Source: a virus. From it: a stretch of DNA of 64,000 nucleotides. Shown here piece by piece: positions 27,331-38,242 of the stretch; the first letter of the stretch is position 1, and every line of letters begins with the position of its first letter. Under the pieces are notes generated by a model. That model was not told the origin of the DNA, ran no database searches, and saw only the letters and a program-made list of their open reading frames with translations. The translations under genes were made by a program, and so were the position numbers. Where the stretch lies: positions 70,167 to 134,166 of the IMG/VR virus record IMGVR_UViG_3300027859_000890. One strand, given 5' to 3'.

Positions 27331-28013
27331 AGATAGCTGCCATTGGTTGTAGTTTTACTAACTACGTTTGGCCAACATACGCAGATATACTGCAAGCTGA
27401 TAGATACGGTTTGTCGGGCATAGGCAACGAACGTATATTCTATACATTATGTCATTTATATAAAACAGAACAGTTGCATTTGTATGATGCAGTTGTACTT
27501 CAATGGACATCGCCAGGTAGATTTGATTACCTTACCAAAGACGGATGGACTTTCAATGATGGCAATATAGCATTCAGTGAAGAAAACAAACACATTTGGA
27601 AAAAAATTAAAGAATGGTATAACGAAGATTACGAGTACGATAAATCTGAGAATTATATACACAGTGCAAAAGCAATTTGTGATTCTATAGGTATAAAACA
27701 CTATCATATGTCAATGGTGCATTTAGAAGACTTTGTTGACTTTGCAGATCTACATAGAAAGTATCCAGGCAAATATAGATTCAAATATGCTCCGTGGATC
27801 AATAAACCATTTTTAGATGAACATCCAGATATTCCTGCTCATTTAGATATAGCAGAAGTTGTTGCAGAAAACATAGGCGCCGAAATAAGCGACTTGCTAC
27901 GTACGAAGTGTGAAAAATTTCATAAAAAAATTATGAAAGGAATGGATTTTGCAAGTGTAGAACAAATGTACGATTCACATTTTCCATATAGGCATATCAC
28001 TACTGGCAGTTAG
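27327..28013 (+). CDS. SGNH hydrolase-like protein
   Basis: GCSFT...WPT, GIGN, QWT..R.D, DEHP...H. Confidence 0.7.
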   Translation: MKIAAIGCSFTNYVWPTYADILQADRYGLSGIGNERIFYTLCHLYKTEQLHLYDAVVLQWTSPGRFDYLTKDGWTFNDGNIAFSEENKHIWKKIKEWYNEDYEYDKSENYIHSAKAICDSIGIKHYHMSMVHLEDFVDFADLHRKYPGKYRFKYAPWINKPFLDEHPDIPAHLDIAEVVAENIGAEISDLLRTKCEKFHKKIMKGMDFASVEQMYDSHFPYRHITTGS

Positions 28014-28262
28014 ATTCCAAACTTTCTTTCTGTTTACGCCTTGTTTTTGTGCAAAACGTTTAGCATCACAGTTTTCACATACGTGAAAATAATTATTACT
28101 TAATCTTTTAGGATCCATTTTGCCCCTTTCTCTCGTAAATTCTTTTTCACAATTATCGCATCTAAATACAACCATTGTTTTTTTACGGTTGTATGTGTGT
28201 TGTTTACCTAGTTTACTACGGCGCATATGCCAAGTATCAATCAAATATTCTTTAATATACAT
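27975..28262 (-). CDS. zinc-finger protein
   Basis: CDNC...CENC; TAAATA on the minus strand 5 nt before ATG. Confidence 0.7.
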   Translation of the reverse strand: MYIKEYLIDTWHMRRSKLGKQHTYNRKKTMVVFRCDNCEKEFTRERGKMDPKRLSNNYFHVCENCDAKRFAQKQGVNRKKVWNLTASSDMPIWKM

Positions 28263-28318
28263 AACTATATTTACATTAAGATTATAAAAAGAAGCGATAA
28301 ATATTAGAAAGGAACACG

Positions 28319-28678
28319 ATGAGCATACTTACTTTAACCCCAGCAGCAGAGAAACAGATAGATCTTTTAAGTGAAGAGAACGAATGCTATGGCATTACAC
28401 TAAACATAAAGGGCGGTGGTTGTGCGGGTTTTGAGTATGATTGGGGTACAATAGGTGCGCCAAACGAACTAGAAGAGGGCGATACAGTAGTAAAAACTGC
28501 AAATGGCTGTGCTTTTGTAGTAGGTTCACATAGTTTAATGTTCCTAATTGGAACAGAAGTTGATTACGTAAAAAGTTTAGTAGGATCAAACTTTGAAATC
28601 CGCAATCCTAATGCTCATAGTAGCTGTGGTTGTGGCGTAAGTGTAAACTTTGATATGGATAAGATACCACATTTTTAA
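28319..28678 (+). CDS. iscA: A-type Fe-S cluster carrier (IscA/SufA/HesB)
   Basis: GGGCAGFEY, GTEVDY, NPNA.SSCGCGVS. Confidence 0.92.
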   Translation: MSILTLTPAAEKQIDLLSEENECYGITLNIKGGGCAGFEYDWGTIGAPNELEEGDTVVKTANGCAFVVGSHSLMFLIGTEVDYVKSLVGSNFEIRNPNAHSSCGCGVSVNFDMDKIPHF

Positions 28679-28692
28679 AGATAGGATAAAAA

Positions 28693-31600
28693 ATGGCAAA
28701 ACAAGAGATTGATATTGGTGTAGAGGGTAATGACGGTACTGGTGATAGTATACGTGAAAGTTTTAAGAAGGTAAACGAAAACTTTAGTGAACTATTTGCT
28801 GTATTTGGTTTAGGCGGCACCATTAGTTTTAAGGCTCTGGATGATACACCAGCTGTATATACAGGTAATGAAAGCAGTGTTCCACTAGTAAACACAGAAG
28901 CCACAGGCATAGGATTTTATAGATTTGTAAGTGACAGCGGAGCAAACAGTAATTCTGTAAGCAATCCAAGTAACCTTACAAACAGTGTGTTCTTTAGTTT
29001 TGTAGATGCTGATCCTACTACACCTAATGATAGTGGTACCGTAAAAATTATAATTAATGATCCACATATTGAACGTGATCCAGATCCTCGTATACTCAAT
29101 CCTTTATCAGTAGAAGCACCAGCTGCCTATAGCAATGCACAAAACACAATACTTAGAAACGTATCAGGTGTTGGCGATAGTATTACTACAATGGTTGATC
29201 AATGGAACACAATCCACGATAACCTACCAGCAATAGATAGCGATAATATTTTAATCAGTAAAGGTTACGCTGACGACACATACCTCAATGCAGACGGAGA
29301 CGAATTAACAGGTTTACTAAGTTACGATACAGGTGTAGGTCCTGCTTCAGGTAGAGAAATACCTGCTATGGAAGATGTGATTGCTAGAAATGGTAGTCTT
29401 GAAAATAGAACAATGTTGCAAGATCTTTTTGCAACAGACCATCCTAAACCATTGCAAGGTGCAGGGACACCAAACGGTGATGATGATTTACAGTTTGTAA
29501 CAAAACTATATGTTGACACACAAGGTTATGCATCGCCAACAAATTTATTTGTAAGCACAAAAGGTGATGATTCACAAAAATTTACACCAGCAGGACAAGA
29601 AGGTAGAAGTTTAAACTATTCTTATAAAACTATTAATGCTGCAATGCAAAGAGCAGAAAGAATTATTGAGAGTACACCTTTTGAACCTGGTCCGTATGTG
29701 CAAAGAATTACACATACAAATAATAAATTCAAAAGTGTTGTAGATAATATTACAGGCGTAAGCAGTCCTCCAGGTACAGCACCACAAGCAAGAAATATTG
29801 TTTTAGATAAACTAACACAAATAAGTTATGATACTACAGATTACATTAACACTAACTTTCCAGATTTAGAATACGATGAAGTAATTTGTAGACGAGACAC
29901 CAAACTAATTTTACAAAGTATTGCACTAGATGTAGAAGCAGGTGCAAATGCAAACTACTTAACACGTTGGGCAGGCTTTAGATATAATGCTAACCCAAGT
30001 GGTATTATAGCACAAACTATACAACTTACAGAAACAATTGCAGGTATTAGAAAAGCACAACAGTTGCTAGATGATGAATTTGTAGCCGCTGGAACAATTA
30101 CAAGCACAGTACGTGGTTATTATGGTGATAGATTTGATGAGATTGTTTCATTAATACAAAATCAAGAAGATTTAGATGTAAACACAGTTTATGGCAACAG
30201 CTACACATTTGCTTTTACAAATGGCGGACAAGCAGCAGTTGATCAAGGTGTTGCAGGTAACCCAGATATACGTGCTGGTAAACTTATGGTTGGTGTACAA
30301 AGTGGCGCTAAAGGTATTATTACAGCATACAATAGAGCTGCAACAGGCACAACAGACAGTGTTACAGTACAACTTTTAGAGCCTTTTGATTTTGCTGTAG
30401 GTGAACAATTAGAGTTTGGTAGTATTGTTAGAAATAACCAAGTTACAGTATTTGTAGAAAGTGGTATTTACAACGAACAATTACCTATCAAACTTCCAGA
30501 AAACGTAAGTATAAAAGGTGACGAATTTAGACGTACAGTTATCCGTCCAGCTGAAGGTACCTCATTAAGTAAGTATGCTGATACATATTTTTATAGAGAT
30601 ATTGTGTTTGATGGATTGCCAGCAGCGGATTCTCCACTTGCAACAATAACAAACCAAAGTGGTGCTGATGCAAGTAGGCAGGCAGGCACTTATCAAATCG
30701 CAGCAAACGATTATCTTACCAGCGGTATTGGTCAAGATGCTACATTTACTATTGTTGTCGATGGTACTGGTGCTGCTAGTGTAAGTGTAGGCAATGGCGG
30801 TAATGGTTTTATCATAGGTGAAAAAGTTACTATTGATGACGATGATTTGGGCAGCGGTGGCGGTGCAGCATTAACTTTTAATGTTGCAACAACAGGCGGT
30901 GGATATCACTTTACTCACCCACAAGCTGCAATACAAGGAAAGTATGGTTATCATTATCTAGTAAATAGTGGCGCTACAAAAAATATTGGTACAAACGGCG
31001 CAACAAATCCAGGCAACTTTCCTCAAGCTTCAAACTTGATTGAATTAAACATTGCATACATTGTAGAAGAAACTATTCAATATGTCAATGCTACGTATCC
31101 TTCATTGGTATACAGCGAAGCAAAGTGTCGTAGAGATACACAATTCATATTAGAAGGTTTGGTAAAAGACTTAAAAGCAGGCGGTAGAGATGCAACACTG
31201 GTAAATCAAGGTGCTTATTTTGCAGGTGCAGTAGAAGGACAAGAAGCACAAACTGAAGCGGCAATTTTAAATATTAAATTAATACTTGCAAATGTATTAC
31301 AAAACGATCCTAGTGATCCATATGCAGGCTCAGGATCTGTATCACAAGTTTTTGATAATGATTACACATCTGAAACTGACTCTGCTGTAAATGCAAATAA
31401 CTTGATTGACTGTGTAGCGTTTGCGTTCGACAATGCTTATAATCCACCAAAAGAAAACAAAGAAATGGATGTGTTCTTATGTAACGATGCTACTATTGTT
31501 AGAAACATCACTGTACAAAGACACGGCGGATTTATGATGGTGCTTGACCCTGAAGGTCAAATTTTAACAAGATCACCGTATTGTCAAACAGGTACAAGTT

Positions 31601-34600
31601 TTGCACAATCATTTGGTACAAAACGTGCGTTCAACGGTGGACAATACATTGATGGTTATGCTGCAAATATGCCAGCACAAATTTCAAATGTAACTAATCC
31701 ATTTAAAATTACAGTTTCATCTCCAGCAGGACAAGGTTTGTTTGTTCGTCCACCACCTACACCATTTCCGTTTGTGTTAGCTGGTGCTAGATACCAAGTC
31801 AACGCTATTGAAAGCTATGATAAAACTGCTGGTACAGTTGATTTAATAATTGACGAAACAAGTAATAATGGTAATGGATATACAGGCAGTACTGGCGTAG
31901 ATATTTTTATACAATCAGGTGGTAACAGAAGTATGTTATCAAATGACTTCACACAAGTCAACGACTTGGGTTACGGTATTGTTGCCACAAACAATGCTCT
32001 TACTGAAGCTGTTAGTATGTTTACTTACTACTGTCACACAGGTTATATTGCAAGCACAGGTTCACAGATTAGAAGTTTAGGTGGTAACAACAGTTATGGA
32101 TTTTTTGGTCTAGTATCACAAGGTGCTGACCCAGATGAGATTCCTACAGCCGTTAATCTCAGAGACGATATGGTATTCTCTGCCAAAGTAATTAATATTG
32201 AAGGATATTTAGAATTTAACAGTGCAGTGCCTGGTGGTGTAACAGTTGGTGATACAATTGAGCAACAAGTCACAGGTGCAAGTGCAACAGTATCTGCATT
32301 AGGTGAACAAGGTAAACGTATATACATTACAGATATTATTGGTGAATTCAACGCTGTTGACGATGTTACTACAGATGACAGTGCAACAATATTACAAGAA
32401 CCAGCTGCTGTTGTTTTAGAAAATGTAAGTGCGGATGCAGAAAAACTATTTGTATATGTATATGACTGTACAGGCTTTCCTCTAAATGTCAGTGAGGTAG
32501 AAATTTTACACCCAAGTGGATTGTATCAACCATATGAAGTTACAAACGCACAACAACTTGATTTTAAATTTGGACAGTATGATAAAGTCAATGATGTAAT
32601 AGCTGCCGCATATACTGGTAGTAGCCCGCAAACATCAAAAGCAACTTTCAAAATTACCAAAAGCCATTTGAATGGTTACCAAGTTGATATTTTGACAGGC
32701 GGAGCTGGCTATGCTGCATCAGAAACTTTTCAGGTAGCTGGTAATTTATTAGGTGGTGCAACACCTGCAAACGATGCTACTATTACTGTTGATACTGTAA
32801 ATTCAGGATTGATTACAGGTGTATCAATTACAGGTACAAGTGTTAAAGACGATAGTACGCCAGTGCGTGATAATAGAGTTTATAGACTTAACTTAGGTAC
32901 AGGTATTGAAGGTACAGCAAGTAATGGTTTACAAGAAATTACACCACATAATACTCAATGTATTATTAGGCACAAACAAAACTTTGTTTTAAGTAATTTT
33001 CCTGTGGTAAATCCATCAACTAGACCAAGTACTGCATTCCAATTTACAGATGATACAGATTTAACTTATCGTACTATTGCATTTGGATCAACAATACTTG
33101 CAGGATATAATACAGCGCCTACAGAACGTGTTGTTACTTTTGACAGTAACTTTAGATACATTGATTTGACTGCAAACAATGACTACATTGCTACAGCAGA
33201 AACCAACGGTACGTTTACAGTAGATCCAAACTACACAGATATTCTGGGTGCTGTAACACCGGATGCAGCAAAAACATTTGGTAGTAAAGCTGGAGATAGA
33301 TTTATTATAATCAATCCACTTGATGCAACAAACCAAGCAAGAATAAACAGCGGTGAAATGATATTTGCTTGGGGTGGTAAAGTACACGTTGTAGATGAGT
33401 ATAGTGAATATACATTCAACCCTGGTACAGGTGTTGTTAGTATTGCAATGATCGGAATAAGTGATAAAGCCAACACCGATATTAATTATCCAGCAAGTGC
33501 AGCAGGATTAGGTACAAGTTTAACAAACAGTGCAGGTATAACACTAAAAGGTGGTTTAGTTGCTGGTGAAGATGCTGAAATTACAGTTAACATTAGTACA
33601 ACAAGAGCTACAGGACACGATATGCTTGATATCGGTACTGGAGGATATAACACAAGTAACTATCCAGATCGTATTTTTGGGCAACCATTTGGTACAAGTG
33701 TTGTTAGCACAAACGATGCAATTGATAGTACAGGTAACAAAAGTAAAGCACAGGTCCAAGAACGTAATAAAGGGCGTGTGTTTGCTGTTCTTACAGACCA
33801 AGATGGTTTCTTCCGTGTTGGTAGATTCTTTACAGTTGACCAAGGTACAGGTAGTGTTACATTTAATGCCGCACTTGTTCTTACAAACATTGACGGTATT
33901 GGATTTAAGCGTGGTGTGAGAGTAAACGAATTCAGTGCAGACGATACATTCACAGATGCAAAAGGTGATGCAGTACCTACACAGACAGCAGTTGAAGGAT
34001 ATATAAATGCACGTTTAGGTTTGGATAGAAATGGGCAACCATACACTCCAAAAATTGGACCAGGCTTTTTATCATTAGGTGGTGCTGGATTCAGTGAAAC
34101 ACCAATGCAAGATGTTCTTAATATGGGTAGTAATAGATTAACAAATCTAGCACTTCCTATTACAGGCAGCGATGGTGCAAACAAAACTTACGTAGATAGT
34201 AAAACTGATGAACTAAATGATATTGGTGATGTTACAATCACTGGTACAGGTGGTGGACTATCTGGACAACTATTAATATTTAATGGTTCTGCACAAGGTA
34301 GTGAAAACGCTGATGTAGTTGGTGATATAGGATTTACAAGAACAGCAGCAAATGAACTTACAGCAAGCATTACACCAGGTGTAATTATTAACACTGATAT
34401 CAATGACGATGCAGGAATAGTTCAAAGCAAATTGGCAATGCAATTAACTTCAGCCTTAGCGGCTGCACCAACAGGTACAGCAGAAGATAAGCAAGCAGCA
34501 AGTGGCTTAGCAAGTTTTGATAGTGCAAATTTTGAAGTTACAGATGGTTGGGTAGGTATAAAAGACGGAGGTGTTAGTGCTACAGAAATGGCAGGCACAC

Positions 34601-35250
34601 TTGATTTTAGTGGCAAAAGTGTTACACTACAAGCTGGTGAAATTAGTAATGGCGAACTTGCAAATGACGGTATTACAATTGGTAGTACTGATGTTTCCTT
34701 AGGTGGTACCATTACAGCACTCACAGGACTTACTACAATTAATCATACTGGTAATATCACTGGTCCAGCAAACAGTGGAGCAGACAATGGTGTAAACATT
34801 GGTGCTAACACAAATAGATATAACACAATTTGGGCTACTGTATTCAACGGACAAGCTACTGAAGCACTATATGCTGACTTGGCTGAAAACTATTTAGGTG
34901 ATGCAGATTATGAACCAGGAACAGTTGTTGTGTTTGGCGGAGAAGCTGAAGTTACGTTGTGTAATGAAAAAGGTCAAACTACAGTGGCAGGTGTTGTAAC
35001 TACCAATCCAGCGCATTTAATGAACAGTGCATTAGGTGGCGATAATGTTGTAGGAATAGCATTACAAGGTAGAGTGCCGTGTAAAGTAATTGGGACTGTT
35101 AAGAAAGGGGATATGCTGGTTACAAGTGCCGTGCCAGGATATGCAATAGTTAATAACTCCCCAGGCATAGGACAAGTGCTTGGTAAAGCAGTAGGTACAA
35201 AAGATGACGACGGACACGGTGTCGTTGAACTAGTAGTGGGGAGAGTATAA
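28693..35250 (+). CDS. very large virion tail/baseplate-associated fibre protein
   Basis: gp9/gp10-type N-terminus (NDGTGDSIRESFKKVNENF), beta-helix-like region (SG.Y.E.LP...V.GDEFRR), two CRRD repeats, C-terminal YADLAE domain. Confidence 0.8.
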   Translation: MAKQEIDIGVEGNDGTGDSIRESFKKVNENFSELFAVFGLGGTISFKALDDTPAVYTGNESSVPLVNTEATGIGFYRFVSDSGANSNSVSNPSNLTNSVFFSFVDADPTTPNDSGTVKIIINDPHIERDPDPRILNPLSVEAPAAYSNAQNTILRNVSGVGDSITTMVDQWNTIHDNLPAIDSDNILISKGYADDTYLNADGDELTGLLSYDTGVGPASGREIPAMEDVIARNGSLENRTMLQDLFATDHPKPLQGAGTPNGDDDLQFVTKLYVDTQGYASPTNLFVSTKGDDSQKFTPAGQEGRSLNYSYKTINAAMQRAERIIESTPFEPGPYVQRITHTNNKFKSVVDNITGVSSPPGTAPQARNIVLDKLTQISYDTTDYINTNFPDLEYDEVICRRDTKLILQSIALDVEAGANANYLTRWAGFRYNANPSGIIAQTIQLTETIAGIRKAQQLLDDEFVAAGTITSTVRGYYGDRFDEIVSLIQNQEDLDVNTVYGNSYTFAFTNGGQAAVDQGVAGNPDIRAGKLMVGVQSGAKGIITAYNRAATGTTDSVTVQLLEPFDFAVGEQLEFGSIVRNNQVTVFVESGIYNEQLPIKLPENVSIKGDEFRRTVIRPAEGTSLSKYADTYFYRDIVFDGLPAADSPLATITNQSGADASRQAGTYQIAANDYLTSGIGQDATFTIVVDGTGAASVSVGNGGNGFIIGEKVTIDDDDLGSGGGAALTFNVATTGGGYHFTHPQAAIQGKYGYHYLVNSGATKNIGTNGATNPGNFPQASNLIELNIAYIVEETIQYVNATYPSLVYSEAKCRRDTQFILEGLVKDLKAGGRDATLVNQGAYFAGAVEGQEAQTEAAILNIKLILANVLQNDPSDPYAGSGSVSQVFDNDYTSETDSAVNANNLIDCVAFAFDNAYNPPKENKEMDVFLCNDATIVRNITVQRHGGFMMVLDPEGQILTRSPYCQTGTSFAQSFGTKRAFNGGQYIDGYAANMPAQISNVTNPFKITVSSPAGQGLFVRPPPTPFPFVLAGARYQVNAIESYDKTAGTVDLIIDETSNNGNGYTGSTGVDIFIQSGGNRSMLSNDFTQVNDLGYGIVATNNALTEAVSMFTYYCHTGYIASTGSQIRSLGGNNSYGFFGLVSQGADPDEIPTAVNLRDDMVFSAKVINIEGYLEFNSAVPGGVTVGDTIEQQVTGASATVSALGEQGKRIYITDIIGEFNAVDDVTTDDSATILQEPAAVVLENVSADAEKLFVYVYDCTGFPLNVSEVEILHPSGLYQPYEVTNAQQLDFKFGQYDKVNDVIAAAYTGSSPQTSKATFKITKSHLNGYQVDILTGGAGYAASETFQVAGNLLGGATPANDATITVDTVNSGLITGVSITGTSVKDDSTPVRDNRVYRLNLGTGIEGTASNGLQEITPHNTQCIIRHKQNFVLSNFPVVNPSTRPSTAFQFTDDTDLTYRTIAFGSTILAGYNTAPTERVVTFDSNFRYIDLTANNDYIATAETNGTFTVDPNYTDILGAVTPDAAKTFGSKAGDRFIIINPLDATNQARINSGEMIFAWGGKVHVVDEYSEYTFNPGTGVVSIAMIGISDKANTDINYPASAAGLGTSLTNSAGITLKGGLVAGEDAEITVNISTTRATGHDMLDIGTGGYNTSNYPDRIFGQPFGTSVVSTNDAIDSTGNKSKAQVQERNKGRVFAVLTDQDGFFRVGRFFTVDQGTGSVTFNAALVLTNIDGIGFKRGVRVNEFSADDTFTDAKGDAVPTQTAVEGYINARLGLDRNGQPYTPKIGPGFLSLGGAGFSETPMQDVLNMGSNRLTNLALPITGSDGANKTYVDSKTDELNDIGDVTITGTGGGLSGQLLIFNGSAQGSENADVVGDIGFTRTAANELTASITPGVIINTDINDDAGIVQSKLAMQLTSALAAAPTGTAEDKQAASGLASFDSANFEVTDGWVGIKDGGVSATEMAGTLDFSGKSVTLQAGEISNGELANDGITIGSTDVSLGGTITALTGLTTINHTGNITGPANSGADNGVNIGANTNRYNTIWATVFNGQATEALYADLAENYLGDADYEPGTVVVFGGEAEVTLCNEKGQTTVAGVVTTNPAHLMNSALGGDNVVGIALQGRVPCKVIGTVKKGDMLVTSAVPGYAIVNNSPGIGQVLGKAVGTKDDDGHGVVELVVGRV

Positions 35251-37337
35251 TGGCTATTCAAGTAATCAACGTAGGATCTAGTGCAAACAGCGGTGGCGGT
35301 GATCCGTTACGTTCTGCAATGATAAAAATAAATGAAAATTTTACAGAACTATACAGACGAACTGGTGGAGAGCAAGCACAAACAATTATAGGTGCAGATA
35401 GCACAGTTCTAGTTGATGGACCAAATAGTAGTCTAAATGCAAATGCATTATCAGGCACTGTTCCTACTGACTTAATAAGTTTTTCAGATTTAGCTAATCC
35501 TCCAGATACAATAGCAGGCTTTGGTATTACAGATGCATATACAAAAATACAAGTTTATACAAAACCAGAAGTAGATACTTTACTAGATGCACCTCGAGAT
35601 TTACAAGGAACAGTTGTAGGAGACGATTCTACAGTTCTTATTGATGGAGTCAACAGCACCATTAACGCAGCAGCATTAACTGGTGCTCTACCAGCAATAG
35701 ACGGAAGTGCTTTAACAGGAATTACAGCAACAGCAAATAATCTTGTTGGCGATATGAAAGGTAGTGTGTATGCAGATGATTCAACATTACTTGTAGATGG
35801 TGTAAATGGCACAATAAACTCATCAGCACTTACTAAACCAATTAAATTTAACGACGATGAGAAAGCGATATTTGGTACTGGTGATGACTTACAGATTTGG
35901 CACAACGCATCTAACAGTATTATACAAAATGCCACAGGTCAACTACAATTAAGAGGCAATACTATTAGATTATTAAATGCCGCAACAACCGAAGACTTAG
36001 CTATATTCACTACCGGCGGTAGTGTAGATTTATACTATAACGGTAATAAAAAGTTTGAAACAACCACAGATGGTATTGCCGTCACAGGCAGGATTACAGG
36101 ACTTACAAATCCAACTGCGGCACAAGATGCCGCAACCAAAGCCTATGTAGATGCTACCTCAGGAGGAGGTGGTGGTGGAGGCAGTGCCTTTACCAACATT
36201 GGTGTAGGTGCAGATGACTCTGCTATTAAAAGTATCGGCGAAGGCGAAAGTTTCCTAATACTTGGTGGCACAGGTATTACAACAGCCAGTGATGCAGAAG
36301 GCAACATAACTATTACAGGCGTTGCACAGGATTTTACATTCGCAAGTTTAACAGGTAAACCAACTACACTTTCAGGTTATGGAATCACAGACGGATTACA
36401 ATTAGGTACGAGTGCCACAACTGCTCTTGCAGGTGATACGGCTTTGTTTTCAGGTGCGTTTGCAGATTTAACAAGCAAACCAACTACTATAGCAGGTTAT
36501 GGAATTACAGATGCAAACACTAACGCTGTATCTGCTGTAACAGCAGCTGATTTAGATATGGGTGGTAATAAAGTTTTATTTGCCAATGTGTACAGTAATT
36601 TAGTTGATCTACCATCAGCAAGCACATACCACGGTATGTTTGCACACGTTCACGCAACAGGGCTTGCATATTTTGCTCACGGTGGTGCGTGGATTCCTTT
36701 AGCAAGTGCTGCTACAACACTAGCAGGATATGGAATTACAGATGCACTTGCATCAGGTGGTGCTCTAACTGGTAGTAGTTTAGACACTAACACCATACAA
36801 ACTTCAAGTGGCAATTTGGCCATATCAGCAGACAACTATGTTCAAATAAACAGTGATAACGATGGACAAATTGAAATTGGTACAGCAAGTGGTTTAGGCA
36901 ATGTTCTTATAGGTAACGAGTCCAATGGTACACAGATTAGTATTCAAGGTGAAGTGTTCATTGAAGAACGAGCAAGATTTTTCAAAGGTGCTGAAGAAAA
37001 GTTTGCTACACTAACAGGTAGTACCGGCGTCACAGCAATGGATTGTGCAAATGGACACGTTCATTATCTAACAGGTGCGTCAGGTGATATCACAGCAAAC
37101 TTTACGAACTTAGGCTTAACGGCCGAATACGCAACGAACTTAACAGTAATTATTAATCAGGGTGCTACACCTTATGAAGTTACCGCAGTGCAAATAGCCG
37201 GTGCGGCTCAGACCATTAATTGGCAAGGTGGCTCGGCTCCTACAGGAAACGCAAACGGAATTGATTCATTCTCATTTACGATATTAAATGATGGTGGAAC
37301 TTACGTTGTGCTTGGACAGATGGTAGACTTCACATAA
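35250..37337 (+). CDS. tail fibre protein
   Basis: gp9/10-like N-terminus (GDPLRSA..KINENF); DDST.L.DG x3; TT.AGYGITD-type repeats x4; DAATKAYVD. Confidence 0.8.
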   Translation: MAIQVINVGSSANSGGGDPLRSAMIKINENFTELYRRTGGEQAQTIIGADSTVLVDGPNSSLNANALSGTVPTDLISFSDLANPPDTIAGFGITDAYTKIQVYTKPEVDTLLDAPRDLQGTVVGDDSTVLIDGVNSTINAAALTGALPAIDGSALTGITATANNLVGDMKGSVYADDSTLLVDGVNGTINSSALTKPIKFNDDEKAIFGTGDDLQIWHNASNSIIQNATGQLQLRGNTIRLLNAATTEDLAIFTTGGSVDLYYNGNKKFETTTDGIAVTGRITGLTNPTAAQDAATKAYVDATSGGGGGGGSAFTNIGVGADDSAIKSIGEGESFLILGGTGITTASDAEGNITITGVAQDFTFASLTGKPTTLSGYGITDGLQLGTSATTALAGDTALFSGAFADLTSKPTTIAGYGITDANTNAVSAVTAADLDMGGNKVLFANVYSNLVDLPSASTYHGMFAHVHATGLAYFAHGGAWIPLASAATTLAGYGITDALASGGALTGSSLDTNTIQTSSGNLAISADNYVQINSDNDGQIEIGTASGLGNVLIGNESNGTQISIQGEVFIEERARFFKGAEEKFATLTGSTGVTAMDCANGHVHYLTGASGDITANFTNLGLTAEYATNLTVIINQGATPYEVTAVQIAGAAQTINWQGGSAPTGNANGIDSFSFTILNDGGTYVVLGQMVDFT

Positions 37338-38221
37338 TGCCTTTATTATCAACAACAACAGGTAGTTTTTTTGCAGGACGTAGAGCAAGTGCTTTTGGTA
37401 CTGCTTGGACACCTACATTCTTAGGTGTCAATTTAAGAATGTGGCTCAATCCAAGCGATACCTCAACAACTACTTTTGCGTCTGGCACTAACCAATTAAC
37501 AAACATCTCTGATGCATCAGGGGCAACCACAGCAGGTCAACCCCATATAATCGACATCAACGGCACTCCAAGTAAGGACACAGAAGACAGCAAAGAAATT
37601 ATTAATTTTGATCAAGCTTCAAATGAATATCTCAACAGTACAGGTAGTATTGGTATTGCCAACAGTGGTAACCATTGGGCCATATTCGCAGGCACCATAC
37701 AAGAGCCGAACAACACTAAAGATAGTATATGGAGTTTTGAGACCGCAGAAACACCCAAGCGAGACTATGCCATCAGTTCAGGTGATCCTAGTAACTTTGA
37801 TGGTGAACTGGATCTTGATGGTTTGAGTTCAAACAGGATCAGCAGTAACGCAGGAAACTTGATAGCATTCACAAGTGGCAGTCCTCTCGCGGAAGATACT
37901 CCATTTATAATAGTATGTTACTTTGACAAGACTGACAGTGAAATTGGTGTAAGGATAAACGGGAGCAACGCCTTCACACCAGAAACAGATTACGACAACA
38001 GTATTAAAAGCACAGCAGTAATGAACATATTCAGAAACAGAGGCAGTCAAACCTATGGTGGTAAACTGTTTGAATTTATGGTGTCACAGGGACAACCTGG
38101 CACAGGCAGTGGTGATAAAACTTACATAGAACAAGCAGAAGGTTATCTTGCTCACAAATGGGGATTAACAGGCAGTTTACCTGTAAGTCACCCATATAAG
38201 AGTTCAGCACCAACAGGATAA
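37337..38221 (+). CDS. virion lectin/concanavalin-like (receptor-binding) protein
   Basis: WTP....LRMWL, beta-rich body, EGYLAHKWGL..SLP..HPYK C-terminus. Confidence 0.65.
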   Translation: MPLLSTTTGSFFAGRRASAFGTAWTPTFLGVNLRMWLNPSDTSTTTFASGTNQLTNISDASGATTAGQPHIIDINGTPSKDTEDSKEIINFDQASNEYLNSTGSIGIANSGNHWAIFAGTIQEPNNTKDSIWSFETAETPKRDYAISSGDPSNFDGELDLDGLSSNRISSNAGNLIAFTSGSPLAEDTPFIIVCYFDKTDSEIGVRINGSNAFTPETDYDNSIKSTAVMNIFRNRGSQTYGGKLFEFMVSQGQPGTGSGDKTYIEQAEGYLAHKWGLTGSLPVSHPYKSSAPTG

Positions 38222-38242
38222 ATATAAAAAAGGACATATAGA

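Noticed and set aside
33660-34184. 174-aa antisense ORF and many other minus-strand ORFs inside long + genes
   Set aside because: Antisense shadows of biased codon usage, with no SD, promoter or recognisable motifs.
36340-36745. Repeated GG(T/A)TATGGAAT(C/T)ACAGA segments
   Set aside because: In-frame tail-fibre peptide repeats (GYGITD), not a DNA-level array.
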